Positions 9,160-18,588 of a DNA stretch of 55,301 nt are shown one piece after another; positions within the stretch are counted from its first letter, which is position 1; the number at the start of each line of letters is the position of its first letter. The notes beneath the pieces are model-generated. The model was not told where the DNA came from and did not search any database. It was given only the letters and a program-made list of their open reading frames with translations. The translations under genes and the position numbers were made by a program. This stretch comes from Candidatus Hadarchaeales archaeon (GTDB lineage Archaea; Hadarchaeota; Hadarchaeia; Hadarchaeales; JAWBSP01), in NCBI GenBank assembly GCA_038842485.1, contig JAWBSP010000006.1, positions 1 to 55,301 of the forward strand, read 5' to 3'.

Positions 9160-10600
9160 AGTGCAACACCGTCACTTTTCCATTCTGGAGGTTCACCACT
9201 GGGACATATCCTGGGGTGGGGTTGATTCCCTGCTTCCTCATGTAGGAGGTTCTGCCTTGGAAGGTTCCTGAATTGAGGAGGAGCATTCCCTTGTACTCGC
9301 TCTCGCCGAAAATGTGCGCGTGGCCGCAGTGGAAGATGTTTGGCGGTTCGTCCACTACCATCAGGTCCTGGTTCTCTGGAGCGAGCGCCGTTTTGCCCCC
9401 GTAGAAGGGGCTCAGGTGCCTCTTCCGAAGGAGCATCCTCATCATGTTGGTCGGTTTGTCCCGGGGCATTCCCAAAACTGTGGCGAGATCGTCGAAGCTC
9501 CTCCCGTGATACATCAGCACCCTGATCCCTTCCAGATCGAGCACGCAGGGGTTGCCCACCATCTGATAGCCCAACTCGTAAAATCTTCCGGCCACCTCTT
9601 TTGGAATGGCGGGCTGGGGCTCCGCCGCCCGGACAGCGTCGTGGTTCCCAGGGGAAATGATGACCGTTATGTGATCGGGGATTTCTGAGAGAAGCTCGGC
9701 CGCGTACTCGTACTGCTTGAAGATGTCCGCTATCGCGAGTTCCCTCTCCTGCTGGGGGTAAATGCCGATCCCGTCCGTCACGTCGCCTGCGATGAGGAGG
9801 TACCTCACTCCTTCCGCCAGTTCTCTCAGCTTTCCTTCCCCCTCTCCCTTGAGCCAGCTTAGGAATTTTCTGAAGGTGCTCTCTAGGAACATCTGGCTTC
9901 CAATATGGAGATCGGAGATGAAGACGGCATAAACGGGCTCCTCCGGTCCCTCCCATGCTCTGGGATGGAGCTCGGGCCAGAGAATCTCTCTGGCGAAGAT
10001 GGAGGGTGACCCACCCCAGCTTTCTCTCACTCTTCCTATCACCCCCAGAACCTCGTCAGGAAGTATCTCTCTGGCCGAACTCGTCAGCTCGCTTGACTTG
10101 AAAATCCAAACCGAGGCTCTACCCGCGGGATCCTCAAGTTCCACCACTATGTGCCCCTGGGGAGTTTCCCTTTTGTCCGCAACCATTCCTATCACCCGAA
10201 CCTCTTCCCCCGGCTCCATCCTGGGGAGGCTGGAGAGTGGGACGGTCGGGTTTAGCGCAGGTCTGGATTTAAGCACGGATGCTAGGCGCTGGAAGCGATC
10301 CCGGAAGAGACTTATAAAATCCTTCAGCTCCCCCCTGCAGCTGCTTTTTCCGGTTATGTCCTTCAAAATCCTCACTGCGGGTTTTGCGGGTGGGAGCGCG
10401 GGTGAGACCTGCTGGGGCACCCCCTCTTCCCTCCGGAGGAGTTCCGAGACCACCTCCTGTGTCACGAAAATCTGGCCGCTGAGCTGGTTCATTACTGCAT
10501 CTGCCTTATCTGGGGGGAGCTCCTTGAGGAAAGCTAGGGCCTCAGGGGTCAGGCAGAGCCCAGCGTTCATGGCCTTCTGTAGAAGGTCTTCGGGCTTCAA
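9152..10600 (-). CDS. polB: DNA polymerase D small subunit DP1 (proofreading exonuclease)
   Basis: OB fold, then calcineurin-like motifs ISDLHIGS, AGDVTDGIGIYP, PGNHDA, YHGRSFDD, HCGHAH. TTG start overlaps the cdc6 stop. Confidence 0.95.
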   Translation of the reverse strand: MKPEDLLQKAMNAGLCLTPEALAFLKELPPDKADAVMNQLSGQIFVTQEVVSELLRREEGVPQQVSPALPPAKPAVRILKDITGKSSCRGELKDFISLFRDRFQRLASVLKSRPALNPTVPLSSLPRMEPGEEVRVIGMVADKRETPQGHIVVELEDPAGRASVWIFKSSELTSSAREILPDEVLGVIGRVRESWGGSPSIFAREILWPELHPRAWEGPEEPVYAVFISDLHIGSQMFLESTFRKFLSWLKGEGEGKLRELAEGVRYLLIAGDVTDGIGIYPQQERELAIADIFKQYEYAAELLSEIPDHITVIISPGNHDAVRAAEPQPAIPKEVAGRFYELGYQMVGNPCVLDLEGIRVLMYHGRSFDDLATVLGMPRDKPTNMMRMLLRKRHLSPFYGGKTALAPENQDLMVVDEPPNIFHCGHAHIFGESEYKGMLLLNSGTFQGRTSYMRKQGINPTPGYVPVVNLQNGKVTVLHFA

Positions 10601-11859
10601 GCTAAGAACCTGCAGAGTTTTGATTCCACCACAGGAGGCAATTCAAAGCGGCTCATCTCCTCGCTCAGCAGTTCCCTCATTTCTGGGTAGGTGAGGTCCC
10701 GGACTTCGGTAGTTCTTCCACCCCTTCCCTTACTGACCACGGTTGTGGTGATGATTCCCAGCATGTCGAGTTCATCGAGGTAGTTCTTCACGGTCCTGGG
10801 AGAAACCGCTGAAAGCTCGGGGTTCCGCTCGCATATCCTCTGGTAGTACCTGTAGATTTCTCCGAAGGAGAGCCGGCATCCATTTTGTTTGAGTGTCACA
10901 ATACCCAAGAGAACCAGCTTCTGATGGAGGGGGAGGGTCTGGAGCACCTCTTCCATTGCACTCCTTTGAAGCCTGTGCGAGGCCTCCCTGACGTGAGAAA
11001 TTTCCACCCTGGTGCAGCCCTTCTCTTCAGCCACCTCCCCAGCCGTTCGTAGGAGGTCGAGCGCTCTTCTGGCATCCCCATGCTCCTGGGCAGCCAAGGC
11101 GGCGCAGAGGGCCGTGACCCCTTCTTCCAGTGCTCCCTCCCGGAAGCTCATCCTCGCGCGCTCCTCGAGGATGTCTTTCAGCTGGGTTGCGTTGTAGGGC
11201 GGGAAAACCACTTGGATTTCCCCCAAGCTGCTCTTAACTCTTGGATCCAGTAGCTCGAGAAAGTTGGCACTATTTGAGATGCCGATCAGGCTGATTCTAG
11301 AGCGGCTCAGGTCGGAGTTGAGGCGGGAAAGCTTGTAAAGGATGTCCTCTCCGCCCCCCGCAATCCTGTCGATTTCATCCAGCGCAACAATCACTACCTT
11401 GCCCTCGTACTCGAGCGTTGCTACCATTGTATCCAGGAGCTGATCGGTCGGCCAGCCAGTGTTGGGGACCCTCTCGGGGAGTCCAGTGGTCTGGAACTCG
11501 AAGGGTCCTATTCTCTGCTTGAGGTCCTCTAGGAGGAAGGTTGTTAGCTTGGCGAGGATCCGGTACTGCGTGTTAGTGTTTTCGCAGTTGAGGTAGATTC
11601 CCACCACTCTAAGGGGGGTCCGGGCAAGCTCCAGTTCCCTGAGGAGAAAGCGCGCGACCGCAGTTTTACCCGTTCCAGTTTTGCCGTAGATGAGCACGTT
11701 TGAGGGTGCCTCACCCCTTAGGGGGGCGGCCAGGATCTTTGCAAGCTGCTGGATCTGCTCTTCCCGGTGGAGGAGTTTATCGGGCGTGTAGCTGTGACGC
11801 AGATACTCCTTGCAGGTGAAAATCTGACTCTCCCTGGGGAAGGAGTCGAAGAGACTCAT
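10597..11859 (-). CDS. cdc6: Orc1/Cdc6 replication initiator
   Basis: GKTGTGKT Walker A, VALDEID Walker B, FPPYNATQL, HGDARRALDLL and C-terminal winged helix (GRGGRT). Confidence 0.95.
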   Translation of the reverse strand: MSLFDSFPRESQIFTCKEYLRHSYTPDKLLHREEQIQQLAKILAAPLRGEAPSNVLIYGKTGTGKTAVARFLLRELELARTPLRVVGIYLNCENTNTQYRILAKLTTFLLEDLKQRIGPFEFQTTGLPERVPNTGWPTDQLLDTMVATLEYEGKVVIVALDEIDRIAGGGEDILYKLSRLNSDLSRSRISLIGISNSANFLELLDPRVKSSLGEIQVVFPPYNATQLKDILEERARMSFREGALEEGVTALCAALAAQEHGDARRALDLLRTAGEVAEEKGCTRVEISHVREASHRLQRSAMEEVLQTLPLHQKLVLLGIVTLKQNGCRLSFGEIYRYYQRICERNPELSAVSPRTVKNYLDELDMLGIITTTVVSKGRGGRTTEVRDLTYPEMRELLSEEMSRFELPPVVESKLCRFLA

Positions 11860-12287
11860 GGGTTTGTCCCCCGTTTCAGTTCCTCTTTCCAGCTCTCAAA
11901 GTCTGCCTCCATCAGGTTGAGCAGACGCACCTCCTCTGGAAGCATGTTTTTGTCCCTGTGCGGGAAGGCGGCCAGAATCTTCTGAACCCTTATTTCCATG
12001 AGTTCTTCGACCGCCTTCAGTAGCTGTGCTTGGTCGGGTGCACTCAGCGCGAGGAAGAGTTTGGGGATGAAGTCCTCTGGGAGTTCTCTGAGTTCCCGGC
12101 TGCGTTCTTCGGCCAAGATTAGTCTCTTTAGCTCCACTAGGTCCGGGACTCCAACGGGTTCGGCCATCCCTTTCCTGATCAAAGTTCTGGCAGTCCACTC
12201 CTCCACCTCCACCTCCTCGTGCGGCTCCACCGATTCAAGCTCCGGGAGTTCTGGGACGGCTTGGAGGAGGCGGATTTTCACCTTCAT
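11856..12287 (-). CDS. GINS subunit, Gins23 type
   Basis: N-terminal B-domain (EVEVEEWTARTLIRKG), then helical A-domain (ELPEDF, MLPEE); coupled to mcm by a 4-bp overlap. Confidence 0.75.
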   Translation of the reverse strand: MKVKIRLLQAVPELPELESVEPHEEVEVEEWTARTLIRKGMAEPVGVPDLVELKRLILAEERSRELRELPEDFIPKLFLALSAPDQAQLLKAVEELMEIRVQKILAAFPHRDKNMLPEEVRLLNLMEADFESWKEELKRGTNP

Positions 12288-14323
12288 GTTTTGATCACCC
12301 TCGCGTAGTAGATCTCCTCCTTCCCCTGCCGGATCTCCTGTTTCACTATGAAGATGTACCCACGTCTGATTTCCTCCTCAAGGAACTCTTGGACAAACTC
12401 CAACTTCAGCCCACAATTTTTCGCCTCCTCAAAGATTTCGCTTCTCGGGATCCCCTCGGGATACATCCTCTCCAGCTTCTTGACGATCTCGTAGAATTTG
12501 GCAATTTTCTCCCTCTGGGACGCGGGTTGGCCGGTGAGTATGAGGTCGATATCCACCTTGCGCGTGGCAACATCTAGTCCCACCTCTTTCAGGAAGTATT
12601 CCATGAGTCTTATGGCGCACGCCGCATCTTCTTCCGTCACTTCCTCGCTCAGTCTGAGCCTTGCGTTTGCTTTGGCCAGCCTGAGGATGGATTCGAGTTG
12701 TCTGGGGGTGATGGGGAGGGGATCCCCTGCTTGGGCAGCCCTGTGCCTCAACTTGATGTAAAAGTCCTTGATCTTTTCCTCAACCTCCTTGGACTTGATT
12801 TGCGGATGGATGTGTTTCTTTGCGTAGACGATGTACTTTCGGAGCAAATCGGGAGAGACAGGAGACTTGATTCTGACGGTTTTGCGGTGGAGGGATATCA
12901 TGTGCGCGGAGATTTTTTCATCCTGTTCAGGATGTGGGGTGTCTCTCACTGGGAAAATCAGATCGAACCTGCTGAGAAGCACGGGCGGGATGGTAATCTG
13001 CTGTACAATGGGGAGATTCTTATCTATCCTTCCTCCCTTCGGGTTGGCGGCTGCCAGGACCGAGGTTCGGGTGTTCAGGGTGGCCACGATTCCCCCCTTC
13101 GAAACGCTGATGGTCTGCTGTTCGAGGGACTCTAGGATGGCGTTGGCTTCCCGTTCATCCATTTTCTCGAACTCGTCCACGCAGGCTATCCCACCGTCCG
13201 CGATCACCAAGGCACCAGCCTCCAAAACCCACCCACCCGTGTATTCATCCCTGACGGCGGTCGCGGTGAGGCCAGCCGCGGTCGACTTCACCCCAGACGT
13301 GTAGAGTCCCCTCGGAGCGACTTCTGAGACCCATTTGAGTATGGCGGACTTGGCTACTCCCGGGTCCCCTATCAGCAAAATGTGGATGTCGCCCCTGATT
13401 CTGGTGCCATCTTCAAGCTCCACTGGATCGCATCCCATCAGCTGGAGCAGGATGCCCTCCTTCACCTGCTCATTCCCGTAGATGCTGGGGGCGATGGAGC
13501 GGATCAGCTTTTCCCTTAGGTTGGGATCCTGCGCGAGTTTTTTGATCTGTTTCTCGTCCTCCTCGCTGAGCTCAATCTCCTCCACCCCCTTGTGCTTGAT
13601 GTCTAGGTAGTTAATGAAGAACACCTTTCTGAAGACGGTTTTTCTCTGTCCCTCTCTCGTCCTCTCTGGTAGCGCCTGAAGGAACCCCGTGACCTCCACA
13701 TGGTTCCCTGGTACCGCCTTTTCGGTGAGGTCATCCCTGACGATGCAGTCGAGCTTCCTAGGCATCCTACCCCTCCCCAGCTGCTCTGGTCTTTCCTGTA
13801 AACCCAGGAATTGCCAGTCCCTGAACTTGGAGTTCTCTATGTCGAGCTCGAAGGGTCCCCCCCTCTGGGTGCAGTTCGGGTTTTCGCAGAGAACGGGTTT
13901 CTTCAGGATTTCCCCAGTTTGCTCTATCAGTTGGAGCTGCCCGCACCACTTGCACTTGAAGGCTGCCACCACCAGCTCCGGTCTGATCTCGCTGGCCCTA
14001 GTTACAATTCCTTCTATCTGGATGAACTTTTCGAGGTGGATTTCCCTGAGGTTTCTTATCTCCACCGTATTCTCCTTCCCTAGTCCGCACACCCTGAGCT
14101 GAAGGGGGCTCTCCGCTATTCCAGCCAGTTCCTTGGCGGCTTCCATGAAGAAATCCTCCGGGTGGTCCAGCAGGTACCTCGCTAGCTCCTTGTCGTGCTG
14201 CAACAGGTCTTCAAACCTAACCACAATAGATTTCTGCCCCTTGGCGACGGCAGACTTGATTTCGCTTCTTATCTCCCTCCGGTGAAGAAAATCATTGAGT
14301 TTCTCCCTCAGTTCTTTCTCCAT
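12284..14323 (-). CDS. mcm: MCM replicative helicase (no intein)
   Basis: Zn finger, IAPSIYG, GDPGVAKS, CVDEFEKM, AAANP, LLSRFDL, ITPRQLES. Confidence 0.97.
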   Translation of the reverse strand: MEKELREKLNDFLHRREIRSEIKSAVAKGQKSIVVRFEDLLQHDKELARYLLDHPEDFFMEAAKELAGIAESPLQLRVCGLGKENTVEIRNLREIHLEKFIQIEGIVTRASEIRPELVVAAFKCKWCGQLQLIEQTGEILKKPVLCENPNCTQRGGPFELDIENSKFRDWQFLGLQERPEQLGRGRMPRKLDCIVRDDLTEKAVPGNHVEVTGFLQALPERTREGQRKTVFRKVFFINYLDIKHKGVEEIELSEEDEKQIKKLAQDPNLREKLIRSIAPSIYGNEQVKEGILLQLMGCDPVELEDGTRIRGDIHILLIGDPGVAKSAILKWVSEVAPRGLYTSGVKSTAAGLTATAVRDEYTGGWVLEAGALVIADGGIACVDEFEKMDEREANAILESLEQQTISVSKGGIVATLNTRTSVLAAANPKGGRIDKNLPIVQQITIPPVLLSRFDLIFPVRDTPHPEQDEKISAHMISLHRKTVRIKSPVSPDLLRKYIVYAKKHIHPQIKSKEVEEKIKDFYIKLRHRAAQAGDPLPITPRQLESILRLAKANARLRLSEEVTEEDAACAIRLMEYFLKEVGLDVATRKVDIDLILTGQPASQREKIAKFYEIVKKLERMYPEGIPRSEIFEEAKNCGLKLEFVQEFLEEEIRRGYIFIVKQEIRQGKEEIYYARVIKT

Positions 14324-14725
14324 GTTCCCCCTCTGAGGATAGGAGGTTGGGGGTTAAGCGATTTTGGGGGAATTTTTGATTTTTGCTTAAATAGTTTAGA
14401 AAAAATTTCCCCCTCACCTAAAAAATTCTGGGAAAAATTTTCTCCTCTTCTCTTTATAAGCGATCTAGCTCTATCAATGTTTTTCTCCATACCCACCTCA
14501 AATCTTGCTCGCCGTTATACACCATAAAAAGGGAGAGAGATGGCGGTGAGTAAAGCGCACAAAAATGTACGTTCCCAGAACCAGTGGAAGCCCCCAACCG
14601 ATGCGGGAGGCGGGAATGCTGCGAGAGGTTCATGCCGAAGGCAGGTGCTCTCCACGAAGCGGGAACCAGATCTTGGGATGTTCAGATGGGTAGGCAATGG
14701 TTTAGGGCCTCTAACGAACTCCGGA
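14324..14725. promoter_or_regulatory. Divergent intergenic region with an A/T-tract-rich segment (promoters; candidate origin)
   Basis: About 400 bp with no convincing CDS. T-tracts at 14362-14384, A-tracts at 14400-14437, TTTATAAG at 14453. Confidence 0.45.
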
Positions 14726-15220
14726 ATGAGGTTTGTGGCCGATGGGATGCTGGGGAGGCTTGCGAGATGGCTAAGGCTAACGGGACACGATGTGGTTTAC
14801 ATCAATGAGCTTGACCTCCCTCCAGAGAAGCAGGATGAGTTTCTGCTGGCTCAGGCAAGCAAGGGGTTGGTTCTTCTGACTTCTGATTTACGCCTGTACC
14901 GAAAGTCGAGGAGATCGGGCTTCAAGGCGGTGCTGATTCAAGCCTCCAAACTCTCCGAGCAGTTGCTTGAGGTATCCAAGGCCCTCCCAGAGCTCGAGGT
15001 GGATCTGGAGAAATCGAGGTGTCCGGTTTGTAACGGGGAGCTGGAGGAGGCGGAGAGGGGTGAGGTCGAGGGACTCGTGCCTAGGACCGTGCTTGAAAGG
15101 CAGGAGAACTTCTGGAGGTGCGTTCAGTGCGGCAAGATTTACTGGCAGGGCACGCACTGGAGAAACATTTTGGAGACGCTGGAAGAGTTCAGAAGGAGGA
15201 GGAATGGATCTAACCCTTGA
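14726..15220 (+). CDS. Mut7-C RNase (PIN-like) domain protein
   Basis: MRFVADGMLGRLARWLRLTGHD, SRCPVCNG, FWRCVQCGKIYWQGTHW. Start moved to the ATG at 14726. Confidence 0.9.
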   Translation: MRFVADGMLGRLARWLRLTGHDVVYINELDLPPEKQDEFLLAQASKGLVLLTSDLRLYRKSRRSGFKAVLIQASKLSEQLLEVSKALPELEVDLEKSRCPVCNGELEEAERGEVEGLVPRTVLERQENFWRCVQCGKIYWQGTHWRNILETLEEFRRRRNGSNP

Positions 15221-15812
15221 GGAGGGGAAATTCCTAGTTAGGCTGGCGAGGGAGAGCATCCACAGTTCTCTGCAGGGAAAGAGGATGGAGGTGCCCCCCG
15301 TCAGCGGGCGCCTGAAGGAGAAGAGGGGGGCTTTCGTGACGCTGACCGAGGAGGGGGAATTGAGGGGGTGCATAGGCTTCCCCTACCCCCTTCTCCCACT
15401 GGCCGAGGCGGTAGCTAGGGCTGCGGTTAGTGCGGCCTTCGAGGATCCGCGTTTCACATCCCTCCGGCCCGAGGAGTTCTCCAAGATCCTGATTGAGGTT
15501 AGTGTGCTCGGTCCCCCCGAGATAATCAAGGTGAAGAATCCGCGAGACTATCCGAAGGCGGTCGTGGTGGGGAAGCATGGGCTCATCGTGGAGGCTCTGG
15601 GAACCAGCGGCCTCCTCCTCCCCCAGGTGGCAGTGGAGTGGGGCTGGGACGCGGAGGAGTTCCTCTCCCAAACCTGCATGAAGGCTGGCCTTCCGCCGGA
15701 CATGTGGCTCACCCGCGAGGTCAGGATAAGCCGCTTCACGGCGCAGATCTTCAGCGAGCTGGCTCCGGGCGGCGAGGTGGTGGAGAGGAAGTTATGCGAA
15801 TCGAAAGGCTGA
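15204..15812 (+). CDS. AMMECR1-domain protein (TIGR00296-like)
   Basis: GAFVTL, LRGCIG, AFEDPRF, GLLLPQVAVEWGW, KAGL. Start at MDLTLEEG. Confidence 0.92.
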   Translation: MDLTLEEGKFLVRLARESIHSSLQGKRMEVPPVSGRLKEKRGAFVTLTEEGELRGCIGFPYPLLPLAEAVARAAVSAAFEDPRFTSLRPEEFSKILIEVSVLGPPEIIKVKNPRDYPKAVVVGKHGLIVEALGTSGLLLPQVAVEWGWDAEEFLSQTCMKAGLPPDMWLTREVRISRFTAQIFSELAPGGEVVERKLCESKG

Positions 15813-16303
15813 AATATCTCTTCCTCCTCCTGGTGGTCTCGAGCTGGGTGCTGGCCGTCCTATGCTACGCGAGGGTCGGCGGCGAGCCCCCCGAGCTCTC
15901 CAAGCTTCTCACCGTCCCCACCGCCTCTTCCTGGAGACTTCCCGCTTACTTCGCTCTCACCGTGGTTGCGGCGTTTTTTCTCTCACAGATAGGGTTCGGG
16001 ATTGCGGCGGGCCCGCTCTCGTTCTTGAGAGGCCTTGCCGATGCGCCCATGCTTCAAGATTTGGCTGGCGTGCTGAGCCTGCAGGTCCCGGAGGGTGCCG
16101 TGTTCAAGGCCCTGGTAGTGGTTGGCAACTCCCCCCTTTTCCTCTGGTCCCTAGTGTTGGGGGCGGAGAGATCCCTCTATCTGCTTTGGAGGTTGTGGGG
16201 CAGGCCCGTCCCCCCAGCCGCCGGAACCTTCAAGGAGCTAGTTTCCTTGATTTCGGTGTCCCTTCTCGCCGGACTTATCTGCACGCTTGCTGGAGTTAAA
16301 TAA
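15794..16303 (+). CDS. Hypothetical integral membrane protein
   Basis: Several hydrophobic segments; ATG at 15794 overlaps the upstream gene. Confidence 0.6.
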   Translation: MRIERLKYLFLLLVVSSWVLAVLCYARVGGEPPELSKLLTVPTASSWRLPAYFALTVVAAFFLSQIGFGIAAGPLSFLRGLADAPMLQDLAGVLSLQVPEGAVFKALVVVGNSPLFLWSLVLGAERSLYLLWRLWGRPVPPAAGTFKELVSLISVSLLAGLICTLAGVK

Positions 16304-16319
16304 TCCTCCCCAATTTGTG

Positions 16320-16670
16320 ATGAAGCTGTTCAGGAGAATAGTGGGGAGGGAGAAACCAGCCAGCTTGGAGGGGGTGCAGGTGGTGAGAACCAGTGTGGAG
16401 GAGCAGATGAGAGGGATAGAGCCCATCTATGTCAAGAGGTTCGAACTCACCGCGCTGCCGGACGTCCAGTTGATTTCGGAGGAGCTGAGGAGGGGCAACA
16501 TCTTGGTGATAAGGATTACCTCCCTCCTGAACAAGGATCCAGAGGAACTCAAGGAGGCCATCGAGCAGCTAAAGGGAATCTGTCAGGCCATCGGAGGGGA
16601 CTTGGGGAGGCTGGATGAGGAGAAGATCATTGCCACCCCCCAGCACATCCTGATTCAGGTTAAGGAGTAG
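16320..16670 (+). CDS. sepF: Cell division protein SepF
   Basis: ELRRGNILVI and GGDLGRL...IIATP, the archaeal SepF pattern. Confidence 0.85.
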   Translation: MKLFRRIVGREKPASLEGVQVVRTSVEEQMRGIEPIYVKRFELTALPDVQLISEELRRGNILVIRITSLLNKDPEELKEAIEQLKGICQAIGGDLGRLDEEKIIATPQHILIQVKE

Positions 16671-18578
16671 CTACCTGAGCCTTATCGTTTCGAGGTTGAG
16701 GGGCACCCTCGTTTCGACCGAGAGGATTTTGTGCAGGGCCGAGGCTAGGCTGAGGCACTTTTTCTCCTCCCCGTGGCAGCAGATCACCCTCGAGGGTGTG
16801 GGTGACATCCTCCTCACATAATTGATGAGCTGTTGCCGGTCGGAGTGTCCGCTGAAGCCCTCTATGGTTTTGACTTCGAGCATCACCTTCACCACTCTGG
16901 TCTTGCCCCCAGGCTCCGGCAGGGCGATTTCCTGGCATCCCTGCTGGATTCGGTTTCCCAGCGAGCCCTCGGCCTGGTAGCCCACAAAAATCAGACAGTT
17001 CCTTGGATCTTGAGCCAGCTCCTTGAAGTACTCTATCACGGGCCCCCCTGTCATCATGCCGGAGGTGGTGATGATCACGCAGGGCTCGGGAGACTCGATG
17101 ACGGCCTTGCGCTCGTCCGGCGTGTCTACCCGCTTGAAGATGGGGGAGAGGAAGGGGTTCTCGTCCTTCGTTAAGATTAGCTCCCTCATTTCTGAGCAGA
17201 GGTACTCTGGGTAGAGGGCATGTATGGCGGTTGCCTCGAGGATCATCCCGTCCAGATAGACCGTCCCCTCGAAGAGCCCTCTCTTGTGCGCGTCGGCCAG
17301 AACTATCATGATCTCCTGAGACCTGCCCACGGCGAAGGCGGGGATGATGACCTTTCCCCCCCTCTGGAAGGTGGCGTTGATGGTCTGGATGAGCTCGGCC
17401 TCCGCCTGCTCTCTCGGGGGGTGCACGTCCTCGGGTCCCCCGTAGGTGCTCTCCAGCAGCAGGGTCTCCACCCGGGGAAAGATTCTGACCGCCGGCCAGA
17501 ACATCCTGGTCTTCATGAACTTCATGTCACCCGTGTACACGAGATTGTGCAGGCCCCCACCGATGTGGAAGTGCGTGACGCAGCTCCCGAGGATGTGGCC
17601 AGCATTGTGGAAGGTCATCTTGATGTCCGGGGAAATGTCGGTCACATTCTCGTAGTCCAGGGTGATGCAGTGTTTCATGAAGGCCTTCATCTCCTCCCTC
17701 CCGAAGGGTGGGGTCTTCCCCTGCTCCTCCGAGACCTTCAGGTAGTCCGCCGCCAGCAGAAGGACGAGATCCCTGGTCGGAGGGGTGCAGTAGACCGGCC
17801 CCTCATAACCGTACTTGTAGAGGGTCATGACGAAACCGGAGTGGTCCAGGTGTGCATGGGAAAGGACCACGGCATCCACTTGGGAGAGCGAGGCCTCGGG
17901 GATCTCCAGGTGTGGGTAGGCACGCTCGTCGGAGGCCACGTTAACCCCACAGTCCAGCAGAACCCTGCTCTCAGGGGTCTGGAGCATGATGGCCGATCTT
18001 CCCACCTCCCTAGCACCGCCCAGGAAGGTGAGCCTAGTCCAGTCCTGTTTGCCCAGCTTCTCTCTGTAGATCCTCCTCCCCACCTTCTTCAGAATGTTCC
18101 TCCGGTCCGAGAGATTGGTGAGAAGCGACTGCCTGAGGCTCTCCACAAAGGCGGATCTGAGGGGAGGAGTCCTCACCACCCGCGGCGCCCAGTGCGTCCT
18201 GCCAAGGATCTCCCTGAAGAAGATGCCCTCCTTTCCAACCACCATCCCTGGCTTGGCGGCCTCGATGATCACCTCCCCTAGCTCCTCGTTGAAGGTAATG
18301 CGGGAGATTTCCGCCTCGGGGGGAACCACCTTCCTTATCTCCTCCTCCGCCACCTTTGGGTCCGTGAGGAGCTCGGGGTCGGGTCTCAGGATGATGCGCT
18401 TTCTCAGCCTCCGCGCGAGGTCCTTCACTAAATTCCCGTCCTCCACGAAGGCGTTGAAGTCCTTGCAGTAAAGGGCGATGAAGGGCCCCTCCAGCTCAAC
18501 CTTGGAGATAGCCCCAGCTAGAGGGGTCTCATCCTTCAGTATCCGTTTTATCTCCTTCAGCATCTCCTCAGCCGACAT
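16671..18578 (-). CDS. fttA: aCPSF1 / FttA beta-CASP ribonuclease with KH domains
   Basis: N-terminal KH domains, LGGAREVGRS, SHAHLDH, AGHILG, FAVGRSQE, GFSGHSD, C-terminal NLETIRL. Confidence 0.95.
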   Translation of the reverse strand: MSAEEMLKEIKRILKDETPLAGAISKVELEGPFIALYCKDFNAFVEDGNLVKDLARRLRKRIILRPDPELLTDPKVAEEEIRKVVPPEAEISRITFNEELGEVIIEAAKPGMVVGKEGIFFREILGRTHWAPRVVRTPPLRSAFVESLRQSLLTNLSDRRNILKKVGRRIYREKLGKQDWTRLTFLGGAREVGRSAIMLQTPESRVLLDCGVNVASDERAYPHLEIPEASLSQVDAVVLSHAHLDHSGFVMTLYKYGYEGPVYCTPPTRDLVLLLAADYLKVSEEQGKTPPFGREEMKAFMKHCITLDYENVTDISPDIKMTFHNAGHILGSCVTHFHIGGGLHNLVYTGDMKFMKTRMFWPAVRIFPRVETLLLESTYGGPEDVHPPREQAEAELIQTINATFQRGGKVIIPAFAVGRSQEIMIVLADAHKRGLFEGTVYLDGMILEATAIHALYPEYLCSEMRELILTKDENPFLSPIFKRVDTPDERKAVIESPEPCVIITTSGMMTGGPVIEYFKELAQDPRNCLIFVGYQAEGSLGNRIQQGCQEIALPEPGGKTRVVKVMLEVKTIEGFSGHSDRQQLINYVRRMSPTPSRVICCHGEEKKCLSLASALHKILSVETRVPLNLETIRLR

Positions 18579-18588
18579 GGGTTGAGCT

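Noticed and set aside
10597-10630. PIP-box-like C-terminus of Cdc6 (ESKLCRFLA)
   Set aside because: Lacks the Gln and the second aromatic residue; too weak without an alignment.
4958-14323. Inteins in DP2, Cdc6 or MCM
   Set aside because: Lengths are normal and conserved motifs are contiguous.
14540-14725. N-terminal extension of the Mut7-C ORF and other short ORFs in this gap
   Set aside because: The domain begins at MRFVADGML (14726); the upstream translations resemble no known protein.
17220-18281. Long antisense/shadow ORFs (also 21199-22272, 24156-25037, 34116-35270, 34654-35703, 53499-54398)
   Set aside because: They overlap well-supported genes, carry no motifs, and are expected in GC-rich DNA.
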